This document shows, one piece after another, positions 7,542 through 15,130 of a stretch of DNA of 32,000 bases; position 1 is the stretch's first letter; each line of letters starts with the position of its first letter. The position numbers and the translations under genes were made by a program. Location of the stretch: the NCBI GenBank assembly GCA_965224465.1, contig OZ245049.1, positions 720,001 to 752,000 of the forward strand, written 5' to 3'. This stretch comes from Flavobacteriaceae bacterium (lineage in GTDB: Bacteria > Bacteroidota > Bacteroidia > Flavobacteriales > Flavobacteriaceae). The notes beneath the pieces were generated by a model that was not told the origin of the DNA, searched no databases, and saw only the letters and a list, made by a program, of their open reading frames with translations.

Positions 7542-10070
7542 CTAATGAGGTACTGAGGTACTCGATTTAATATCTTCAAGGGCTTTGTCTAAGGCATTTG
7601 TGATGTTATCTTTTAGATTTTGATACTCATCTTGATTAATTACCTCATACTCAAATCCTGTGCTGTACTTGTTTCCGCCTATTATTTTGATGTAACCGTA
7701 ACTTTGTAAATCATATAAATACCTGCTTAATGTTTTGGGGTTAATTCGCATTTTAGCACGTAATTCTTTAGCATAAAAACTTTGCCCATTTCCCTTTTTT
7801 AAGTGTGCTTTCAGCACTTCCAAAAAATCTCTACACGCTTTTGTCAACTCATCACTTTTGGCAAGTAATACCGTTTTTAGTAGCTTATTAGCTTGTTCTA
7901 TATCTTCCAATGTCGTTTCTATGTATTTTTCTCCAGTAGTTTCATTTATTTTTATTTGCCTCTGCCGCTGGCAGTAAAATGTTACCGTTTCTATAAATGC
8001 TAAATAATGGGTGTTTGTTCTTAATGGCTTAAAAACTGTTTCGGGGATATTTAATAGTGTAGCGTAGGGATTGACAACTTTTACTTTCTCTAATAACCAT
8101 TGTACATCCTTTAAAAATTCCCTGGCATTATTTTCTTCTTGCTTGTTAATCTTTCCTGCCGATATGTTTTGCTGATAGCTCATAATTCCCTCTTTTTGTT
8201 GTTTACTGTTGTCTAAATAGATTAATAATGAACGGTTTGCATTGTCTTCATAAATCTTTTCTTTGGTAGTTGTTCCTGCTAAACAAATTGGTCCTTCTAC
8301 GGTTAGGGTTACTGTTTTTAGGTTTCCTTTTGCATCTTTTATAGGTATGGTTTTACTTATTTTTCGTTTACTCATTAGTTCTCTTATAGCGTACAGTATC
8401 TTATCATCTTGTGCTCCATCCAAATCTTCAATTAATATCAATTTGTTTTTTAGTTCTGTTCTGTCAAAGTAGTAAAGTGCATTTTCTGATAGTGCGGTGA
8501 TTTCTAATTTATGTTCTTCAGGGATTAAGTCTGCTATTTTTTCTTGTAGGTAAGTTTTTCCTGTGCCGCTTGCTCCAAGACTTATAATATGTAGCGGTTG
8601 TTCTCGTAATCTACTCGTAAAAACCAAATACATTAACAGCCGATTATCGACCTCTCCAACCATTCCCGTTTTACCGATTAAATCATTTGTCTTCCGGAGT
8701 AGATTTTCGCCTTTTAAAAAGGTAATTGCTTTTTGTTTTCTTAGCTCTGTTAATTCTCTTTGTTTCTTTTTTTGTGGTTTTTGAGCATCAACTTGTCTTA
8801 ATCTGTAATCTTCTAATCCGTTTATGAGTTCTGCTATTACGTATTGTATTTCTCGTGTTCCTAATTCTAATCTTTCTGCTACTTTTCTTGTAAATTTCTC
8901 TGTTGAATCATCATTGTATAAATCTAAATTACTTTGTCTGATATTATATATTGGACTTGGATTATCTGTTCTTGTAATGCGTAAAGTAACTTTTAGCTTG
9001 TCTAAACTGAACAAGTTTATCCCACCTAAAACGGCTATTAAAATGTTGTTGTTTTGGTAAGTGATGTAATCTTGGTTTTCTGTGTTCAGCTCGTTACTTA
9101 CTGGCTCTGCCTGCTCTGTTACAAATTCAGTTTCTGAACCAAATAGGTTTTCTCTTTCACTTATTAAATGTTCTAAAATTGTAGGTTCGTGGCTCTGTAC
9201 TAAACTATTTATATCTTCTCCTTTCGGACAATTAATTTCACTTATTGATAGATTATTGAATAGTTGGTTTAGTGTTTTAGAATGTTCTTGCACTGCTTTT
9301 TCTCCCGCTTCATCTCCATCAAAGAAAAGTACAACTTCTTTTAAATTTTCTAATTTTAATAATGCTTGCTTGTGTTCTTCAGTAAAGCCATTTGTTCCAT
9401 ATAAAGCAAGTGTTTCAAAGTTGGTGTATTTCTGAAGTGTGGCACTATCGATTATACTTTCTGTTAAAATGATTACTTGCGTTTCTTTGTTTGGGTATTT
9501 TGGATAAAGTCCTTTTCTGTTAGCTGTATAGTAGTGCGTTCCTGTTTTGGCTATATTTCTACCGTAGAAACTTACTATCTCGTTTTGCTCATTTTTCAGA
9601 GGGTAAATGATGCAGTTTTTGAGTTGTTTAAAGTGAGTTCCATTATTATATCCTTGCTCTAATTTCACATCATAGATTCCTCTTTCTTCTAAATACGTTA
9701 TTGCTTTTTTACTTCTGTGTAGGCTTTGTTTAAATTTGGGGTATAGTTCTTCAAAGTCTATAGTTTCAGCTTCTTCAAGTTTAGTATTCATAATTTTTAA
9801 TTCATCATTCGTAATTCCAATAAGGCTTTTCGCCTTATTGATAGCTTTATGTTTGGTGCAGTTCTCTATTTCTTGTATAAACTGTATTGCATCTCCTGTT
9901 TTATCACAACCAAAACAAGTATAGGTATTCGTTTTGGGGTAGATTCTTAAACTCGGTTTGTTGTCTTTATGGAATGGGCATTTTGCGTGGTTGTTTTTGT
10001 TGATTGAGATATTGTACTGACTTAGTACTGTTTCTATGCTTAATTGCTCTTTAATTTGCTTGATTTCCAT
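7542..10070 (-). CDS. DNA primase (CHC2 zinc finger + TOPRIM) fused to a P-loop NTPase with a C-terminal wHTH-like tail
   Basis: CPFHKDNKPSLRIYPKTNTYTCFGC; ILTESIIDS...LFFDGDEAG; Walker A GASGTGKT; Walker B LILIEDLDG. Start set at the ATG at 10070 to match the paralogues; the ORF-track start at 10145 is an extension. Confidence 0.85.
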   Translation of the reverse strand: MEIKQIKEQLSIETVLSQYNISINKNNHAKCPFHKDNKPSLRIYPKTNTYTCFGCDKTGDAIQFIQEIENCTKHKAINKAKSLIGITNDELKIMNTKLEEAETIDFEELYPKFKQSLHRSKKAITYLEERGIYDVKLEQGYNNGTHFKQLKNCIIYPLKNEQNEIVSFYGRNIAKTGTHYYTANRKGLYPKYPNKETQVIILTESIIDSATLQKYTNFETLALYGTNGFTEEHKQALLKLENLKEVVLFFDGDEAGEKAVQEHSKTLNQLFNNLSISEINCPKGEDINSLVQSHEPTILEHLISERENLFGSETEFVTEQAEPVSNELNTENQDYITYQNNNILIAVLGGINLFSLDKLKVTLRITRTDNPSPIYNIRQSNLDLYNDDSTEKFTRKVAERLELGTREIQYVIAELINGLEDYRLRQVDAQKPQKKKQRELTELRKQKAITFLKGENLLRKTNDLIGKTGMVGEVDNRLLMYLVFTSRLREQPLHIISLGASGTGKTYLQEKIADLIPEEHKLEITALSENALYYFDRTELKNKLILIEDLDGAQDDKILYAIRELMSKRKISKTIPIKDAKGNLKTVTLTVEGPICLAGTTTKEKIYEDNANRSLLIYLDNSKQQKEGIMSYQQNISAGKINKQEENNAREFLKDVQWLLEKVKVVNPYATLLNIPETVFKPLRTNTHYLAFIETVTFYCQRQRQIKINETTGEKYIETTLEDIEQANKLLKTVLLAKSDELTKACRDFLEVLKAHLKKGNGQSFYAKELRAKMRINPKTLSRYLYDLQSYGYIKIIGGNKYSTGFEYEVINQDEYQNLKDNITNALDKALEDIKSSTSVPH

Positions 10071-10227
10071 CTTTTTTGAAATTGTTAAAAAAACTTTAAT
10101 GATAACTATTGATTGCAAATGTATATAATAGTTTTCATTTAACAAGAAAACTATTATTTTTTTTGGATACTTTTATTAACTAAATTTGCAGAAACAAGTA
10201 AACAGTAGTTTACTAATAGATAATATA
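10071..10227. promoter_or_regulatory. Divergent primase/XRE control region (copy of 2517..2673)
   Basis: -7 boxes at 10116..10123 (minus strand) and 10181..10188 (plus strand). The 12-bp perfect inverted repeat lies at 10125..10136 and 10146..10157. Confidence 0.45.
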
Positions 10228-10563
10228 ATGAATATTGGAAGTAAAATAATAGAACTTAGGAAAGCAAAAAACTGGTCTCAAGCAGAACTTGCTGAAAATA
10301 TAAGCGTGTCTCGTGTGATTATTGGAAAGTATGAACGCAATGACGCATCCCCATCAATTGACATTGCAAAAAAGATGGCTGACGCTTTTGGGGTTAGTTT
10401 AGATTTTTTAGTAGGTGAGGGTAAAAACGCACACTACAATAAAAAGACATTAAAAATTATTGAAGAAATTGAAGCCCTTGAACCAACTACTAAAGAAAAA
10501 CTATATTTCTTAGTAAATGCGGTTATTAGAGATTCTAAAACACAAAAGGCTTATGCAGGATGA
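10228..10563 (+). CDS. XRE/Cro-C1 family HTH transcriptional regulator
   Basis: Differs from 2674..3009 by one residue, plus a few 3'-terminal synonymous changes where the divergence island begins. Confidence 0.85.
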   Translation: MNIGSKIIELRKAKNWSQAELAENISVSRVIIGKYERNDASPSIDIAKKMADAFGVSLDFLVGEGKNAHYNKKTLKIIEEIEALEPTTKEKLYFLVNAVIRDSKTQKAYAG

Positions 10564-11021
10564 GAAAGTTTTAAAGCCTCTCTTTTCATATCTTCATATA
10601 AAGATAAGGCTTCTTTAAAAATTTCTTGAAGAGTCTCGTAATTATCAAATGAGGGATCTTTGATTAGTTCTTCTGACTTTATGTTTTTAGAATATTCAAT
10701 ATCTTCACATATAACACAAGAAGCCCCTCCTATAAATTTTTCTGATATATTGTTTTTACATCCTAAAATAATTTCTACTAAACCATATTTCAGACTAAAA
10801 TGAATATTAAATGTCCAATTATTTAACGAATCTACGATTTTGTAAAAATTACCTTTAGAAACATACTTTACCTTATAGTCTAACTTTTCTAAGATAGCTA
10901 AAACTTGTTTTTTATCTGTTTTTTCAAGCCTTCTTTCATTATTTCGTGTTTTATCACTCAAAGACTTGTATCGCTCATAAAAATTAATACTTTCAAATAT
11001 GTTAATCCCAAACTCTTCCAT
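10551..11021 (-). CDS. Putative immunity protein for the 223-aa toxin module (variant b)
   Basis: Same position and length as 2997..3467, but about 46 of 156 residues differ (by-eye count). Confidence 0.6.
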   Translation of the reverse strand: MEEFGINIFESINFYERYKSLSDKTRNNERRLEKTDKKQVLAILEKLDYKVKYVSKGNFYKIVDSLNNWTFNIHFSLKYGLVEIILGCKNNISEKFIGGASCVICEDIEYSKNIKSEELIKDPSFDNYETLQEIFKEALSLYEDMKREALKLSHPA

Positions 11022-11692
11022 TATTCTACTTTAAATCGTAATGTAATCCCTTTGTTATTAGCTAAATTAATATAGTCTTGAATATTGCTTAAACTTTGAT
11101 TTGTAGCTGGGATTTCTAAATACATTTGCCCTTGTAATATCTGACCATCAAGGGCTGGACTATATTTAGGCGAATTAATAGAAGTACCAGGACTATACTT
11201 AACTAACATTTCATCAAGGTAACTCTCAAAAGTCGAAAGTTGTATATCTCCTAAATTCGTTGCTTTTCTTGAAATAATCTCCCCTGGATTTCCATTTTTA
11301 GGTGGCTTATAAGAATCTAATCGCTTTCCATTACCCAAATGAACTTCATTATATGGATACCATTTATTATCAACAGCTGTCTTGTTAAAAGCATTACCTC
11401 TTGCGAGTGGTGAATCAAATAACCAATAATCTCTTACTTCTTTCCATTCTAATCTTGGTCTTGATGTTTTTCCTGCATTAGTTTTTCGAGTAACATACTT
11501 TAAATAATCTGCTTCAAGTATGTCGTCAATGAACTTTCCTGATGCATTTAATAAATCACTCCCTGCATTAGCCAAATCTTCAACACTAGCACTACTTTTT
11601 TCAATTGAAAAAAAAGTATCGTTTGCACTTAAATTAAAGCTTGTAAAAAAGCTTAGTGCAACTATTAAGAATATTTTAAAATGACTATTCAC
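11021..11692 (-). CDS. Displaced polymorphic-toxin C-terminal module (variant b) with a signal-peptide-like leader
   Basis: About 11 of 223 residues differ from 3467..4138. The leader and the LAN junction are identical. Confidence 0.6.
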   Translation of the reverse strand: MNSHFKIFLIVALSFFTSFNLSANDTFFSIEKSSASVEDLANAGSDLLNASGKFIDDILEADYLKYVTRKTNAGKTSRPRLEWKEVRDYWLFDSPLARGNAFNKTAVDNKWYPYNEVHLGNGKRLDSYKPPKNGNPGEIISRKATNLGDIQLSTFESYLDEMLVKYSPGTSINSPKYSPALDGQILQGQMYLEIPATNQSLSNIQDYINLANNKGITLRFKVE

Positions 11693-12229
11693 GTTCTCAA
11701 ATATACAATTTTGTTTTTTTCAACTGACAAAAAACACAAAATGATTTTCTACGTTTTTTCTTCAATTGAAAAAGAGGCGGCTGTAGCGTGGGTTTTCAAT
11801 TGAAGAAAAAATGATAGCTTTTTACGGCGATTGAGTAAAACAATTAAGATTCCTAGTGCGCTGGCAGTAGTGGTGGCAAAAGCGGTGGAATGTGGCTATT
11901 TTGCATAATACCAGTTATAACTACCTGTAGTTTTTCACGCAAGAGTATTATAACTTGTATTATGTAACTTAGCTTGGGGTGGTTTTTTTGGCGGAGTTTT
12001 TGCCTTTTAGCCGTGGCACAGCTCGTTGGATTTTCTTTTTTTCAATTGAAAATAAAAACTTAAAAAAGAAAATACAATGTGCTGTTTTTTTTAGCGTGGA
12101 TGCAAAAAATATGACCTAAAAATCACTAGGCAGTGGCGAGCGGAACAAAAGGAAATACAAAGGGTTTTTGCTTTTTCTGCAAAAATTTGGATTTGATTTT
12201 GTGGGGATTCGTGTGGTGGGATTTAATCG
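11693..12229. other. Conserved non-coding region of the unit (copy of 4139..4675)
   Basis: Identical to 4139..4675 at an offset of 7554. Confidence 0.5.
11904..11964. repeat. Copy of the 17-bp-arm inverted repeat
   Basis: Identical to 4350..4410. Confidence 0.7.
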
Positions 12230-13252
12230 TTAATCTTCTAAAAACCGATCTAAACTTTCAATAATATCTTCTGGAGATGGTAACAAACTCTTTAATTCTT
12301 CAGGCAGTTTTTCACTTAGGGAATAATCTGCTATTCCCATTGGTTTAGTCGCAGTATTCAATGCATATTCAACTACAGTTCTGTTTTTAGATTTACAAAT
12401 TATTATTCCAATAGATGGATTTTCTCCTTCAATCTTCACTTTATCATCTAAAACAGAAAGGTAAAACTGCATTTTACCTGCATATTCTGGTTTAAACTCT
12501 GTTGTCTTTAATTCAATAGCAATCAAACTTTTTAATCTTCTGTGATACAATAGTAAATCAATGAAAAATTCTGAACCGTCTAATTCTAAACGATACTGAT
12601 TACCAATAAAAGAATAATCTCCTCCCATTTCCATTAAAAAACGTCTGATGTTCTTAACTAAACCAAGTTCTAAATCTCGTTCTTTATAATCTTCTGCCAT
12701 TTCTAAAAAATCAAAACTATAACTGTCTTTAACCCCTAATTTGGCTTGATGCTTATATTTTTCTTCTAACGACTTATCAAAGTTGGTTTGGTTCAATAAA
12801 AATCGTTCATAAGATTTACCTTCTACTTGATGAATCAATACATTTTTTGTCCAACCATATTTCTTAGCCATTTTAATATAAAACTCACGTTCTAAATCAT
12901 TTTTACACTTCTCTAAAATTACAAGGTTATGACTCCATCCAATTTCTCGCACCAATGGTGCGAGTTTTTCGTTTTCATAATATTCTTGATAAAAACCTTT
13001 CATTCTCCAAAGATTACTACTTGAATACCCTCTTGTTCCTGGGAACTCTTTTTGTAAATCTTTCGCTAAATTTTCTACTACCGATTTACCCCAACCATAT
13101 TGTTTTTGTTTTTCAATAATAGATTTTCCTAACTCCCAATAAAGATTAATCAATTCAGTATTAACTGCTTTTAATGCTTTGTATTGAGATTGATAAATTT
13201 TCTCTTTTATCTCTTCTAAAAAATTGATGTAGGATTGGTCTGCTAAATTCAT
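12230..13252 (-). CDS. DUF1016 / YhcG-like PD-(D/E)xK nuclease-domain protein
   Basis: Protein identical to 4676..5698. Confidence 0.8.
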   Translation of the reverse strand: MNLADQSYINFLEEIKEKIYQSQYKALKAVNTELINLYWELGKSIIEKQKQYGWGKSVVENLAKDLQKEFPGTRGYSSSNLWRMKGFYQEYYENEKLAPLVREIGWSHNLVILEKCKNDLEREFYIKMAKKYGWTKNVLIHQVEGKSYERFLLNQTNFDKSLEEKYKHQAKLGVKDSYSFDFLEMAEDYKERDLELGLVKNIRRFLMEMGGDYSFIGNQYRLELDGSEFFIDLLLYHRRLKSLIAIELKTTEFKPEYAGKMQFYLSVLDDKVKIEGENPSIGIIICKSKNRTVVEYALNTATKPMGIADYSLSEKLPEELKSLLPSPEDIIESLDRFLED

Positions 13253-13283
13253 AATTTTCAAAGTTAATTGTTTGGGTTGGATT

Positions 13284-14165
13284 TTACTGTAACGGATGAA
13301 ACATTTCTATCTGCTTACTCAAATTCTTCATATCCTTATTTCGATACTTTTCTATGTTTCCTACATTCTTATAACCGCTTAAATATTGGGTTTTTCTTAG
13401 TCCATATAAATCTATCCAAATACCTATTCTTGATTGTTTAAGTTGGGTTAATCTTTTGATATTTATTTCTTGATTTTGTTCCTTTATAGTTCTTACCAAT
13501 ACTTTTAACTGGTCGTGAACTCTCTGTTCTTTGTTGCAATTTGGACTAAACAAACGTTCACTTGATTCATTACTTTTTATTCCGTTTCTTCCAATTCCTC
13601 TAAAGTTTGTAATGTAATCGTGAAAAGGTATAATCTGATTGGCTTCTAGTTTTACTACTCTACTGTTTTTTCTTCTTACTCCTCCAGGTACTTTTATTAT
13701 TCCTTTTTTTAGATCTAAATCTGTTACTTCCAAATTCATTAAATCTTGTTTATCCAATGCCTGAAAAAGCATTAATCCCAACATTAATTTGTTACTGTAT
13801 TTAAAATATCCGTGCTTAGTTTTGTTCTCATAATTAGTATAAATCGAGTTTAACTCGTCTTCTGTTAGTAGTAGTATTTGTTCTTGAGTTATTCCTTTAA
13901 TCCTTACGTTTAATGCTATGTTGTCTATTTTTAAAAAATGGTAATAATGTTCTATGGTTCTTAAAGTTGTATTGATGCTGGTCTTTGATTTTTCTTGTTC
14001 TTGAAGATGCCCTATGTAGTTTAATAATTGATTGTACTTTACTGTTTTGAATTTCAGCTTATTGCCTTTTAACCAAGTTGTAAATAGTCCAATTCTCATT
14101 ATAAAATCTTTGATACACTTCTCGCTGTAATACCTTTCTATCAACCATTTTCTAAACTCTGTCAT
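13284..14165 (-). CDS. Tyrosine-recombinase-like protein with a degenerate catalytic set (chimeric allele)
   Basis: Start set at MTEFRKWLIE (ATG at 14165) by homology with 5730..6611. The 3' end up to 13440 matches unit B; from 13458 onward it matches unit D. Confidence 0.6.
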   Translation of the reverse strand: MTEFRKWLIERYYSEKCIKDFIMRIGLFTTWLKGNKLKFKTVKYNQLLNYIGHLQEQEKSKTSINTTLRTIEHYYHFLKIDNIALNVRIKGITQEQILLLTEDELNSIYTNYENKTKHGYFKYSNKLMLGLMLFQALDKQDLMNLEVTDLDLKKGIIKVPGGVRRKNSRVVKLEANQIIPFHDYITNFRGIGRNGIKSNESSERLFSPNCNKEQRVHDQLKVLVRTIKEQNQEINIKRLTQLKQSRIGIWIDLYGLRKTQYLSGYKNVGNIEKYRNKDMKNLSKQIEMFHPLQ

Positions 14166-14175
14166 CTTTATTTTA

Positions 14176-15030
14176 TTAGCTACCTGCCTCAGAATCTTCA
14201 CTTATACGAACATATATTTGTGTGCTATCCAATCGTTTATGACCTAAAAAATCACCAATATATTCCAGTTCCATTCCTTGCTGTAAAAGATGAGTCGCAA
14301 TGCTATGTCTAAGGCTGTGCAAAGTGGCTTGTTTTGTTATTCCTGCTTTTGATTGTAGTTTTTTTAACCTACTATTTAAATATTGTCCTGTTACTTGTGG
14401 TTTTGATTTTCCTACTAATAAATACTTACTTTTCGAGTTGATTATCTCCCTTGAAAATTCAATGTATTCTTTTAAATCTGCTATTACTTTTTGACTCATT
14501 GGAACATATCTACTTTGATAGTTTTTACTTGGTTTTATATAAATTAATCCTTTGTTAAAGTCGAGTTCTTTTGGTTCTAAATGAATGCCTTCTTTACTTC
14601 TTAATCCACAACCATAATAAATACTTAGCATTGCTTTATCCATTAATCCCAAAGGTTTATTTTCATCAATTGAAGAAAAAAGTTGTTTAATTTCTTCTTG
14701 ACTAAAAATTATTCTTTCTGTTTTGATTTCTCTTTCTACTATGATTTTACCTGTTACTAATTTTTGCTTTTTAGTTAATTCTAAAAAGGCACTATATCTA
14801 TTGATTACATTGATGTAACCTTGTATTGATTGTCTTGCTAATTTGGTTTGATGCAAGCCTTTTATAAACTCTTCTATCTCTTGTTGATTAGGCGGTGAGC
14901 CACCGCAGGCAGTTTTTAGGTATTTAAAAAAAACAGCTAATAACCTTACATATCCTTTAATCGTACTTTCTGCATAACCTAATCTTACTAACCAATTTTC
15001 AAAGTTTTCTAATTCTTCTTTTACGTTCAT
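14176..15030 (-). CDS. Tyrosine recombinase / integrase (canonical catalytic residues)
   Basis: GCGLRSKE and HSLRHSIATHLLQQGMELEYIGDFLGHKRLDSTQIY. Start set at the ATG at 15030 (MNVKEELENF); the ORF-track start at 15081 is an extension. Confidence 0.85.
   Translation of the reverse strand: MNVKEELENFENWLVRLGYAESTIKGYVRLLAVFFKYLKTACGGSPPNQQEIEEFIKGLHQTKLARQSIQGYINVINRYSAFLELTKKQKLVTGKIIVEREIKTERIIFSQEEIKQLFSSIDENKPLGLMDKAMLSIYYGCGLRSKEGIHLEPKELDFNKGLIYIKPSKNYQSRYVPMSQKVIADLKEYIEFSREIINSKSKYLLVGKSKPQVTGQYLNSRLKKLQSKAGITKQATLHSLRHSIATHLLQQGMELEYIGDFLGHKRLDSTQIYVRISEDSEAGS
14892..14911. repeat. 20-nt GC-rich palindromic element GCGGTGAGCCACCGCAGGCA inside the recombinase CDS
   Basis: Stem GCGGTG/CACCGC. 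Read as ..ACGGSP.. on the minus strand. Absent from the unit B allele. Confidence 0.75.
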
Positions 15031-15130
15031 AGTTTTAATAATTGGATACCGAACCTTTCGACTTAGGGGGGTGCTGTGCATTTGGGGATTTTACTGGGTT
15101 ACCTCTGTAACTTATTGATAGTCGGTTAGT

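Larger units (their letters stand above)
4022..11575 (-). mobile_element. Unit B (7554 bp): toxin module b, immunity b, XRE, primase-NTPase, two recombinases, DUF1016, non-coding region, leader
   Basis: Complete gene set between two copies of the junction 9-mer (4013..4021 and 11567..11575). Confidence 0.45.

Noticed and set aside
7436-7565. GAGGTAC direct and inverted copies (7479.., 7517.., 7547.., 7555..) between the primase and recombinase genes as unit ends
   Set aside because: Two of the copies lie within the primase C-terminal codons (..STSVPH*). The C/D-type units do not keep the motif at the equivalent place, so it is unlikely to be a conserved element terminus.
10071-10145. N-terminal extensions proposed by the ORF track (primase from 10145, recombinases from 15081/22662 and 14201/21782, XRE from 2632/10186, DUF1016 from 5707/13261, immunity candidate from 18147/25737)
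   Set aside because: Paralogues start at internal ATGs (MEIKQIK, MNVKEEL, MTEFRKW, MNIGSKI, MNLADQS). Several of the extensions use TTG starts and run into promoter/operator sequence.
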